From contig JABVCE010000016.1 in the NCBI GenBank assembly GCA_014905635.1, positions 682,001-746,000 of the forward strand: a stretch of DNA of 64,000 bases, written 5' to 3'. The position numbers and the translations under genes are program-made. This DNA is from Scenedesmus sp. PABB004. Its lineage: Eukaryota. Below the pieces are notes generated by a model, which did no database searches, was not told the origin of the DNA, and worked only from the letters and a program-made list of their open reading frames with translations. Within the stretch, counting starts at the first letter, position 1, and each line of letters begins with the position of its first letter. Below are positions 36,723-47,560 of the stretch, piece after piece.

Positions 36723-37621
36723 ATGCTGCGGCGGCTGCACAACCAGATCTTCGCGGTCAAGCTGCGCGAGGTCTTCACGGCCTCGCCGCTGGTGCTGGTG
36801 TACCAGACGCTCGGCCGCGTCGACCACGCGGCGGTGCGCGGGGCGCTGCAGGACGCGGTCGCGAAGCAGCTCCCCGCCGCGGGCGTGGGCGTGGAGCTGT
36901 GCCACATGAAGAACACCATGGCCGCCGCCACCGGCGACGACACCGCCGCGCGGCTGTTCAACAACAGCAACCTGCTCGTCGGCTTCACGCTGCCCGGCTT
37001 TGGCGGCGAGGGCGCGGCGGCGGCGGAGCAGCAGCAGCAGCTGGAGCAGCAGCTGGAGCAGCAGCTGGAGCAGCAGCAGCAGCAGCGACTGGGCGGCGCG
37101 ACGGCGGCGGCGCGCTTCCGCGCCGACATGTCGCCGCACGAGGTCGTCGGCGGGCTGCTCGAGCGCGCGATGCCGGGCCCCCACCTGCCGCAGCCGTCGC
37201 TGCGCGCGCTCGTGGAGCTGGGCGTGCGGCTGCCGGCGGAGCAGCCGCTCGTGCTCGTGGGCGCGTTCTACAAGCGCGACGCGACGCCGCTGGCGCACCT
37301 CAAGCGCTGGATCAAGCTCGACGCCGGCCAGGTGCGCGACGCAGGGGCGAGGGGCGGCGGCGGGGGGCGGCGCCTGCCTGGCCCCGCGCGCGCGCGCACA
37401 CACGTGCCCGCCCGCGCGGCGCGGCGCTGCGCCGCCGCGCGCAGGTGTACGGCGAGCTGCTGGGCGCGCTGGAGGCGCCGCTCGAGGGCGTGCTCGCGAT
37501 CGAGGGCGCGGCGGAGGACCTGCTCGACGCCTTTGACGCCGCCGGCGGCGTCGACCTCGCGGGCGTGCTGGAGTTCAAGGCCGCCGCGCCGCCGCGCGAC
37601 GCGGGCGGCGGCGGCCAGTAG
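36723..37621 (+). CDS. Ribosomal protein L10-like (uL10, probably mitochondrial)
   Basis: join(36723..37331,37445..37621); KLREVFTASPLVLVYQ…MKNTMAAAA…LFNNSNLLVGF…LVLVGAFY…VYGELLGALEAP follows the uL10 pattern. Confidence 0.7.
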
Positions 37622-37893
37622 CGGGCGGGCGCGGCGGTTTTTCGGTGCAAGCGTCCGAAACTCGCGGCCGGCGGCACCGCTGGCAACTCCTGCTCTCGCG
37701 TCGCTCACTGCGCCGCACGCAGCGCACCTGCGTGCGCAGCCAGCAGACCGCACACGCCCGTAGACGCGCGAGCACGCGGGCGCCTACTGCAGCACCCCGC
37801 CCCCGCAGCAGCAGCGCCTCCGCCTGCTCCCAACGCTCGGGCGCGAGATGGCGTGCTGAGTCGGCGGCGGGCGAGAGCTGCTAGGGGCCCGAG

Positions 37894-40800
37894 ATGGCCG
37901 CGGCGCCGGCGGACGCGGGCGGCCTGGCGCACCCGGTGCGCCTGGTGGCCGTCTCTGGCCGCGAGCAGCCGGTGGTGCTGAAAATCAGGCGCGACGGGCT
38001 ATGGCTCTTCACGGAGCACGGCAAGGTGCGCCGGGGCGCGCGTTGTTGCCATGCCGCGCGCGCGCCGGCCCCCCGCCGCGCCGCGGGGCGCCCGCGCGCG
38101 CCACCCGGCCGCCAGGCCCGGCCGTGCGGCCGATTCACCGTTATCGTGCAGGAGATTCAGCAGCTGCCCTACCAGCACATCGTAAAGTGGCTCCCCAGCA
38201 GGCTGCGCAGCCGCGACCGCGGCGCCGACGACTGCCTCGACATCCAGGTCGAGACGGCGGCGGGGAAGAAGGACCTGCGCATGCGCTGCGCCTCCAGCGC
38301 CGCGGTGACGGGCATCATCGCCGACATCCGCGCGACGGTGCAGGTGACCGCGGCGCGCATTCGGGAGGGAGGGAACGCGCGGCGCGCGCGCGGCGCGCCG
38401 CGCCGCGCCGCCGCGCCGCCGCCGGGCGGTGCCCGCGCGCGCGGCGCCCGGCCCGGCGGCCCGCGCCGGCCGCGGCGGGCGGCCGCCGAGCCGCCGCGGC
38501 GCGCCGCGCCGCGCGCCGCAGGCCATCATGGCCGACCTGCAGCCGGGCAGGGGCGGCGGCGCCAGCCCGGTCAAGCCGGCGCTCACGCCCCACGCGCCAG
38601 CGGCGGGCGGCAGCGACGGGGCGAGCTTTGAGGGCTACGCGCGGCACGTGAGCGACAGCGCGGCGGCGAGCGCGGCGGCGTCGCCCACGCGCTCGGCGAC
38701 CGGCGCTGCCGACGCGGCGCAGTGGGAGGCGCAGCAGCGCGCGCCCAGCCCCAGCAGCCAGCGGCCGGCCAGCCGCAGGCAGCTGGAGCTGCCGCCGGCG
38801 CAGGAGCAGCAGCAGGCGGCGGAGCAGCAGCAGCCGCGCGACAGCGGCCTGCCGCCCGTGGCGCCCGGCGCACGGGCGCTGCCCGAGGCGGAGCTGGCCC
38901 TCCCAGGTGCGCGCGCCGCGGTGGCGTGCGGGCCGCTGCGCGCGGGCTGCCGCGGGGGCTGCCAGCGCGCGGCGGCGGCGGCTGCTCACCCCGCGCGCCC
39001 GCAGGCGACGACGCCGGCAGCCGGCGCAGCGCGCTGCTCAGCGGCGCAAGCCTGCGGCGCAGCACTGGCGAGCTTAGCGAGTTTGCGGCCGGCAGCGGCG
39101 AGGCGGCGGCCCAGATATCGTGAGCCGCGGACCTGCAGCGGCTTGCGCTGCGGGCGGGCGCAGCCCGGGCGGGGCGCCGCCGCGCGTCCGTCACCAGCAG
39201 CGGCACCGCCTCCCACGCGCGCTGCCGCCGCCGCCGCCGTTGCCCGCAGCTTCCTGGAGGACCTCGTGCAGCGCCTCGCCGCCGAGCTGGCCGCGCGGCT
39301 CGACGGCGCCGGCGCCGGCGCCGGCGGCGAGCTGCAGCCCGGCGGCGGCGGCGAGGGCGGCGCGCTGCGCAGCGTGAGCTTTGGCGGCGTTCACGTGTTT
39401 GACAGCAGCGGCGGCGCGGCGCCGGAGCTGCCGCCGTGGATGCGCGACAGCCGCTTCCTCAACCCGCTGCTGGCAGCATACGACGAGCGCCTCGCCGAGG
39501 CGCGCGCGGAGCTGGCGGCGCGCGGCGAGGCAGTCGCAGGCATCAAGACCAAGGTGCAGCAGCTGGTGGAGGAGAATGAGGCGCTGCACGCCCGCCTGGC
39601 CCAGGCGACGGCGCGGCTGGACGCGCGCAGCGCCACCGCGCTCGACGGCGACGCCGAGGACGGCGACGCTGCGCGGCTGCAGGTGCGCGCGCGCCGCCTG
39701 GCCGCCGCGGCGGGGCCTGCCTGGCCTGGCGGCGGCAGGCGCGGGCGGCCGAGCGTCCCGCCCGCTGCCTCACGCCCCCGCGCACAGGAGCGCTTGGAGC
39801 TGCTGGAGCAGGAGAACGACCTCCTGGTGGCGCAGCAGGGCGAGCTGGACGTCGAAGTGGCGCGCCTCGCGGCGGCGCTGGCCGACCGCGACCACCAGGC
39901 GCGCCGCGCCGCGCGGCGCCGGCGCCGGCAGTCCGTGCGGCCGCGGCCGCGGCCGTCGCGGGGCGGCCGCGCAGCCGCGCCGGCGCTGAGCCCGCCACCC
40001 CGCGCCGCGCCGCGCGCAGCTCGCGTCGGTCTCGCAGGACGCGGCGCGCGCCGGCGAGCTGGAGGCGTCGCTGCGCGCGACGCGGGGCACAGACAAGGAC
40101 ACGGGGCACCTGCGCGCCAAGATCAAGGTGCACACAGGGGGCGCGGCGGGCGCGGCGGGCGCAGGGCGCGCCACGGGCGCGTGGCCGCGCGCCGACGCGG
40201 GCGGACCGCGCGGCGCCGCGCAGGAGCTGAGCGACCGGCTGCGCGACGAGGCCGGCCGCACCGCCGACGCGCTGCGCGTGGCCGAGGCGGCGCGGCAGCA
40301 GGCGGCGCTGGCGCAGGCGGAGCTGGCCACGAGCCAGGCCACAGCGCGCATGGTGGTCAGCCTGCAGGTGGGGCGGCCGCGGCCCGCGCGCCGCGCCCGT
40401 CCGGCCGCGGCGCGGGCGCCCGCGCCGACGCCCGCGCCCGCGCGCCCGCGCCCGCGCGCCCGCGCCCGCGCGCCCGCGCCCGTGCGTCGCAGACCGAGCT
40501 GTCCAAGGCGCGCGGCGCGGCCGAGGCGGCGGGGGGCGAGGCCGCGGCGCTGCGGGGCGAGGCCGAGGGCCTGCGGAGCGCGGTGCGCGCGCTGGAGGGG
40601 CGCCTGGCAGAGTATCAGGACAAGGACACAGAGGTGAGGTGTGGAGGAGCCGCCCTTGGGGCAAGGAGGGGGGCGTCCGCTGGGCACGGGAGCCCCGCTT
40701 CCCGCCGCCCCGCTGAACCCCGGCGCCCCGCTGAACCCCGCCAGGTGTACCTCCGCATCAAGGAGGCCATGGAGCTGGCCGAGGAGGCGCGCCTCGAGCG

Positions 40801-42832
40801 CGACGCCGCGGTCAGCGAGAACGCGGCGCTCGGTCAGAGCCTCGCCGCCGCGCAGGTAGGGGGGCGCCCGCGCGCCGGCAGCCCCGCGGGCGCTGCGGGC
40901 GCTGCGGCGCGTGGCGCGCACGCCCTCCCCCAGGCCGCCGCCGCCGCCCGCCGCGCTCACGCGCCGCCCCGCCCGGCCGGCCGCCGCCAGGCCAAGCTGG
41001 CCGAGGCGGTGCGCCAGATGAGCGGCGGCGGCGCGGACGAGCCGTCGTACCGCGAGCTGCGGCGCCGCGCCGCCGCGGCGGAGGAGCGCGCCGCGGCGGC
41101 GGCGGCGGCGGAGGACGCGGCGGCGGCCAAGCTGGCGGAGCTGCGCCACACGGCCGAGCGCCTCGCGCGCGATAAGGCGTCGCTGCAGGCCGAGCTGGCT
41201 GGCGTGCGGGAGGAGATGGAGCTGACGGCCTTCACAGCGGGCAGGCCCGGCGGTGAGGGCGGCGCGCGGCGTGCCTGCCGCGGGCTGGGCCCGCGCGCCG
41301 CGCCCCTCACGCGCCGCTGCCGCCGCCGCAGCGGCCGCGGACCGCGTGGCGGAGCTGGAGCGCGCGCGCGACGAGGCCCTGGGCAAGCTGGACAGCGCAC
41401 AGCGCGCCGCCGCGCGCGCGGAGCGCGACTGGGAGCTCGCGCGGCAGCAGTTGCAGGCCGAGGCGCAGCGCCTGGCCAAGCGCCTGGCGGCGGCTGAGGA
41501 CGGGGCCGCCGCCGCGGCGAGCGCGCGCGCCGAGGCGCAGCAGGCTGCGGGCGCGGCCGAGGCGGAGCTGGCGGCGCTGCGGGCGGGCATGGGGCGCAGT
41601 GAGGCGGAGCTGCGCGCGCAGATGGCGGAGCTGCGCGCGGAGCGCGACGCCGAGGTGGCGGCGCTGGTGCAGAAGCTGGAGCGCGCGCTGGCGACGTGCG
41701 ACAAGTGAGCGCGCGGCGGGGGCGGCCGGCCAGCTGCCGCCGCGCGGCATGTCTGCTGCGCGCCTCTCACCGTCACGGGGCCGCGCCGCGCCGCGCCGCC
41801 CGCGCCGCAGGTCTGTCGTGGACGCGGAGCAGATGCTCTCAGCCAAAGACTCCCTGCTGCGGCGTTGGAAGCAGGAGGCCCAGCTGGTGCGCCGCGCCTC
41901 TCGGCCGGCCGCGCCGGCGTCGGCGCGGCCGGGCTCGCGGCGACGGCCAGCGCCGGCGCGCGCCGACCCGCCGCTCCGTGCGCGCGCCGCCGCCGCGTGC
42001 GCGCCCAGATCGCGAGCAAGCTGGAGGTGGCGCTGCAGCAGCACCAGGCCGAGCTGGCCGAGCGGCAGGCGCAGGTCGCGGCGCTCACGGACCAGCTGGC
42101 GGCGGCGCACGAGCAGCAGGAGCTGCTGCAGCAGGCGCGCGCGCGCGCGCGCGGCTGGGCGCGGGCGGCAGGGCCGCGCCGCCCGGCGTGGCGGGTGGGT
42201 GGGGGCCTGCGCGCCCCGACGCGCGCGCGCCCGCCGCGCGCAGGAGCTGGACGCCACGCGCCTGACGTGCCATGAGGCGGAGTTGCTGCTGAACGAGGCG
42301 GAGAGCCGCGTCGCCGCCGCGCAGGCCAGCGCGGACGCGCAGCAGGAGGGCGTGCTGCAGGTGGGCGGGCGCGCGGCCGCGCGGCCGCGCGGCCGTGGGC
42401 CGCGCAGCTAGGGGCGCCCGCAGCGCCGCGTGCTGTGCGGACGGCGACGGACGTGCCGCCGCGGCCGGCGCCGCGCCGCAGGAGCTGCGTGGCCTCCAGC
42501 TCGAGCTCGAGCGCGCGCAGCTCGGCAAGGCGCGGGCGGAGCGGGCGCGCGACGGCATGGCCGCCAAGCTCGGCCGCCTCGTCATGGCCGGCGGCAGCCC
42601 CACCTCGGCGGCGGCCGCCGCCGCCGAGTGCGACGGGCTCGACTCGTGCAGCCCCGGAAGCAGCAGCATGCTCAGCGGCGGCGCGTTTGCGGGCGTGCCC
42701 GGCGGCGCGGTGCCGTCGACGCCCACCTACGGCGGCGCCGCCGCCGCGCCCGCCGGCGGCGGCGGCATCGGCAGCTGCCGGCGCGCGGGCGCGGCCAGCA
42801 GCCCCGCCCAGCAGCGCCAGCAGCAGCCTTGA
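37894..42832 (+). CDS. Centriolar coiled-coil protein (CEP89-like motif) with an N-terminal PH-like domain
   Basis: Multi-exon model with consistent phases where checked. PPWMRDSRFLNPLLAAYDERL resembles the conserved CEP89 motif. Later segments VYLRIKEAMELAEEARLERD and KDSLLRRWKQEA recall SDCCAG8/SCLT1. The N-terminal beta-rich domain reads VVLKIRRDGLWLF…LPYQHIVKW…LRMRC…IIADIRATVQAIM. TGTAA lies at 42926. Confidence 0.65.
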
Positions 42833-42925
42833 CGGGGCGCGCGGGCGGCGGGCCGTTTCGTCGAGGCCAGGCTCTGGGTGATCTGAGCTGAGCACTAGCG
42901 CGCGAGTTTGCGTTGGCCACGGCGT

Positions 42926-42930
42926 TGTAA
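42926..42930 (+). terminator. TGTAA polyadenylation signal (CEP89-like gene)
   Basis: Lies about 94 nt after the stop, in a GC-rich context where the motif is rare. Confidence 0.6.
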
Positions 42931-43296
42931 AGGCCGTGCGGCCGCGGCGCGGCGGCGCTCGCGCGTCGTGCCCGTCACGCCGCCGAGGTTCAGCGCCGCG
43001 CGGTGCTGGGGGCGGGGCTCGGCGTCTCCGGGCTCGTGCAGCACACCCAGGCGCCTCCCACACGCCACGCGTCGCTGCCTGCGGCGCGCTCGAGCAGCGC
43101 GGGCGCCGCAGCGGCAGCGCGCACCGGCAAGGCCGCTCCGCCTCGAAACCGTGGCTGACCGTGACCGTGACAGTGAGGCCAGTCTTGATCGCGCGTCGTC
43201 TTGTCCGGCGGCGTGGGCGTGCAGGGCGGCGGCGGCGCGACAGCAGCGTGCGTGCTGCCGCGGCGCCCCGCGCGCACGCCGCCTGCGCGGCCCGCC

Positions 43297-44405
43297 ATGG
43301 AGGAGGTGGGCCCTCCGCAGCTGCTGGGCGCCGCTCCCGCGCAAGCCGGCGATCAGGCGGCCGCGGCGGCGGCGGGGCGTGCTCGGACGGCGGGAGCGGC
43401 GACCGCGCAGCAGCCGCAGCTCCTGCTGGGGCCGCTCATGCAGCTGCAGCCCCACCTGGGGCTGCTGCAGCCCCAGCAGTTTGTGCTGCTCGCACCGGGG
43501 CTGCTCGGGGGTGCGGTCGCGGGGCTGCCTGGCGGCGGCGCGCTCGCAGCGCCGCTGGCGGCGCCGATGAGCGCGGCGGGAGCAGCAGCGGCGGCGCCGG
43601 CCGGAGTCCGCTGGGGGCAGCGACCCGCAGCCCCACCGGCGGCGGCGCGGCCCGCAGCCCCACCGGCGGCGGCGCGCCCCGCAGCGCCACCAGCTGCGCA
43701 GCCAGCAGCACAGCCTGGCCGGGTCGCAGCAGCTGCGAGCGCCCAGCCGCAGGACTGGTCTGTGGTTGCGGCTGCTGCGGCCGCTGCCGCCGCGGCGGCC
43801 CACCACCAGAGCGGCGCGCCCAGCGCCGAGCTGGTCGGCGCCGCGCAGGGGCTGCTGTCGGCGCTGCTGCAGCAGGCCGGCGGTGAGGCGCCCTGCGGCG
43901 GGGCAGGGAGCCCTGTGGAGACGGCCGCGCATTGGCTGGTCGCGGTCAGCGCCGCCACCGCCCTGACCGCGGCCGGCCGGCGCGGCGACGTGGCCGCCGG
44001 CGACCCACCGAGTGAGCCGCCGCGGCCGGCGCGGCCGACGCCCAGCGGCGCAGGGCCGCTGCCGTTGCCGCGGCCGCAGAGACAGCCCCAGCCAGCGGCG
44101 ATGTGGCAGCGGCTGGGGGAGGAAAGCCGCAAGCGCAAGCTCGAGGAACAGCGGGGCGACATTGTTTGGCTGGCCGCCGCGCTGAACTCTCGCACGGGCG
44201 CGGGCAAGCGGCTGGTCAAGCCCAACCGGCGGCTGCTTGACGACGCGGGGCTGGCATGCGCCGGCAGCGACCCTGACGGCAAGGCAGGCGCCGGCAGCGG
44301 CGCCGTGCAGGCAGCGGCGACGGCTGCAGCGGCGGGCGCCGCTGCCGCCGCCGCCGCCGCCGCCACCGCCGCCGCCGGCCAGCAGCAGCAGCAGCAGCAG
44401 CAGCC

Positions 44406-44456
<51 letters not shown>

Positions 44457-45516
44457 GCTGCGACTGCGGCTGCGGCTGCCGCTGCCGCTGCCGCTGCCGC
44501 AGCCGCAGCCGCAGCCGTTGCAGATGGCGCAGCCGCAGCCGCAGCCGCAGCCGCAGCCGCAGCCGCAGCCGCAGCCGTGGCAGATGGAGCAGCCGCAGGA
44601 GCACCAGACGACGCAGCCGCAGGAGCAGCAGCAGCAGGAGCCGCAGGAGCCGCAGGAGCCGCAGGAGCAACAGCAGAAGCAGCAGGAGGGCGAGGAGCCG
44701 GCGCAGCCGGGCGGGCAGCCGCAAGATGGCCCCTCGGTGCCGCCGCTGCGCGAGGGCCCCCGGCTGGCGCCGCCGGCAGAGGCGCTGCAGCAGGAGCTGC
44801 TGGACGCGCCGCCCGCGGCGCCGCCCGCTGCGCGCACCAACAACCGGCGCAAGCTGGCGTGCGCGCCCCCGGGGCGCTGCCCTGCGGCGGCGGTCGGCCC
44901 CGACGGCGCGCCGACGGCCGAGGCGGTCGCTGCGCGGGCCGCGCTACTGGCCAAGACGGAGGTGCCGCGCCCCGCCGGGGTGGACCCCTGGACCGTGTGG
45001 GAGGCCTGCGAGGTGGCGGCGCACCGCCTGCTGGTCAGGTCTTGCGAGTCGCGGCTGGGCGCGGGCGCGATGCCGGCCGCGCTGGTCTGGCCCCGGCAGC
45101 AGCGCCTCCAGCTCCAACCGGATCCCAAGGAGGCGGGCGGCGGCGCGCAGCAGCAGCGCCAGGCGGCGCCCGGCGAGGCGGCGCCCGGCGAGGCGGCGCC
45201 CGGCGAGGCGGCGCCCGGCGAGGCGGCGCGCGCGGCCCGCCTGCCGCCCCTGCCCGGTGGCGGCTTGATCGCCGACCTGCGTGCCGCCAACACCGGCCTG
45301 CTGCTGCTGGGGCAGGCGATGCGCCTGCCCGACGCGCTGCTGGAGCCGCTGCAGCGCGCCGTGGCGGCCGCCGCCGGCGGCGCCGGCGCCGGCCCGCTGC
45401 GCGACGTCGCGGCGCTCGAGGCCTGGCACGCGCAGCTGAGCGCCGCGGCGGCCGCGGGGGACAGGGCGCGCGTGTGCGAGCTGCTGGAGGAGCTGCAGCC
45501 GGGCGGGCGAGCATGA
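43297..45516 (+). CDS. Hypothetical Gln/Pro/Ala-rich protein with a basic NLS-like motif (RKRKL)
   Basis: GCCATGG start; long ORF with coding-like codon bias; poly-Q and (QP)n tracts; no recognisable domain. Confidence 0.6.
44380..44576 (+). repeat. Compound (CAG)n / (CTGCCG)n / (CAGCCG)n coding microsatellite
   Basis: Directly visible. Confidence 0.9.
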
Positions 45517-45846
45517 AAAGTGGAGCCCGGCCGCGCCGGCGGTGCTGCGGGGCGCCGCGCGCCCGCGGCGCGGCAGCCGCCGGTGACTTGCCCCGCCGCA
45601 CGGTGGCGCGCGCAGTTTTAACTCGTTGACATTGCGCGACGTGCCCCGCGCCCCGCGCTGGGACCTGCCGTTCGCGCGCAGCTGCGCTGGGGCCCCGCAC
45701 CATCCAGCAAACGCGCGCCGCCGAGCGGCGGCGGCGGCGCGCGCGGCGCCAGAGCAACTCGAGCAACGGCCGGGCCCTGCGCCGCCTCGACGGCCGCGAG
45801 CACGCCCGGGGCGGCGACGCCGGCGGCGGCGGCGGCATGGAGGGCC

Positions 45847-47203
45847 ATGGCGAGGGTGCTGAAGCTTAAGATGACCACCCAGAAAAGAGTCGGCCCGCGC
45901 AGGGCGGTGAGCGCCATGGCGGCAACGTCTGGCACGGCGGAGCGGCGGCGCGGCAGGTGCGGCGTCAGCCAGGCGCCGCGCCGGGGCGGCCGTGCCGAGG
46001 AGCGGCGTGCAGGGCCCGCGCGCGGCTGGCCCCCCGCCAGCCCCGCGGCGGCGACGGGCGCGCCGCGGCGCTGCGTCGAGCGCGCAGCAGCGCCGCGCGC
46101 GGCAGGCGGGGCTCACACACGCGCGGGCACGCGGCGGCCGCACACTATTTGGCGAACGTGCGCCCAGGCGCGGGCGGGGCGCGGCTGCGCCGGCGCCGCA
46201 GCGCGGCGCCGCGCTGCGGCGGGTAGGCGGGCCGCCCGGCGGGCGGCCTGCGCGGAGCGGGCGGAGCGCGCGTGTAAACGATTGAGCGCGACGTTTCGAC
46301 GCAGCTCGGCGGCCGCGCGGCGTGGCTAAGCGCCCGCGAGCACGCACTTTTGCTGTCGAGCGCGTCGATCCCGCAGGTCGACGAGGGGCTCGCTGGGGAG
46401 CCGCGGGACGGCAGAGGCGTCGCGAAACTGGCCCGGGCGGCAGGCAGAGGCGGCATGAGCGGGCGACCGCCTGTAGCGCGCGGCGCGCTGCCGACGGTGT
46501 CACACAGCTGCCTGGTGCCGCGCCCGAGCTCGGGCGCCGGCTCGAGCCGGCCGTCGCGGTCCCCACCGCAGCCCCAGCCGGAGCCGGCGCACGCGAGCAA
46601 GCGCGCCAGGCACGCCGAGACCGCCGGGGGCGCCGCCGCGGTCGGCAAGAAAGACATAAGCGAGGAGCCGGCGAGGGTGCGTGCGCCGCGCGGCGCCCCT
46701 GCCCACGTCTGGGCGGCGCGCCCGGCCGCCCTGCGCGCCTCGCTGCGCTGCTTGCGGACCTCGGTGCCTGCGGCGGGGGCGCGCATGCTGGCGCGCTGGC
46801 TGCGCACCTGTGTGCGGCTGGTGTTGAGCTGGCGGCTAGCGGCAGCCAGGAGCTGGAGGCTGGAGCTGGCGGCGGCGGCAGCGTCAGCGTCAGCGACCCC
46901 GGCGTCGTGGCTGGCGCGGCGGCCCCTCGGGCTGCTGACGCCGGCGCGGCGGTCAGCATCAGCGACAGCGGAGTCGCGGCTGATACGGTGGGCCCTCCGG
47001 CTGCTGATGTCAGCGCGGCGGTCAGCGTCAGCAGCGTCGCTGCTGGTGAGGCGGCCCCTCGGGCTGCCGATGCCGGCACGGCGGGTCGGTGTGCAGCACT
47101 GGAGCAGGCACGGCGCTATCTGCTTGGTGACCTGCTGCAGGATCAGCTTGCCGTTCACTCGGTGGCAGATTATGTGACCAATGGGCGCGAGCGTATGGTG
47201 TAA
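45847..47203 (+). CDS. Possible hypothetical spliced gene or relic inside the inverted repeats
   Basis: ATG at 45847 (MARVLKLKMTTQKRVGPRRA|GTGAGC), acceptor at 46376, and a last frame ending at TAA 47203 that overlaps TGTAA. The exon chain is not fully resolved. Confidence 0.3.
46881..47082. repeat. Degenerate ~65-69-bp tandem repeat, 3 copies
   Basis: The unit GTCAGC(G/A)TCAGC…GGCCC(C)TC(G/C)GGCTGC(T/C)GA…GC(G/A)CGGCGG recurs three times. Confidence 0.75.
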
Positions 47204-47560
47204 CCGTCTTTGTCTTTGTCTGGGCGCCCACCGCGCGCCCGCCGCCCCGCCCCTGTGCTTGGAGCAGGCATGGCCTGGTGCCGCCGCCGGCTTGCGCAGG
47301 CTCGAGAAAACAGGCGGGACTGTACGCGGGGGCAACTCGCAACGCACGCCGAGGCCGCCGGGGTTGCAGGCGGCTTTGTTACGCGCCGGCCGCCACAACG
47401 GCAGCGGGGCCCAACCAAAGCCGTGCCGTCAACAGCCGCCACTGCCCGACCCCTGCCGCGCAGGTGAGTTGCGCCGCACGCGCGCGGAGGGCCGGCCAGC
47501 CGCGCCGCCGTCGCGCGGCCGCACGTCGCGCAATGTCAACTAGTAAAAACTGTGCGCGCG

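Larger units (their letters stand above)
45613..47552. mobile_element. Candidate non-autonomous TIR element (1940 bp) bounded by 32-bp inverted repeats
   Basis: 45613-45644 (CAGTTTTAACTCGTTGACATTGCGCGACGTGC) matches the reverse complement of 47521-47552 at 30/32. The flanking 8-mers GGCGCGCG and TGCGCGCG match at 7/8 but are low complexity. No transposase is seen. Confidence 0.45.

Noticed and set aside
45618..45935. Minus-strand ORF with a hydrophobic, signal-like stretch (MALTALRGPTLFWVVILSF…)
   Set aside because: It is antisense to a Lys-rich plus-strand start with a good splice donor and has no independent support.
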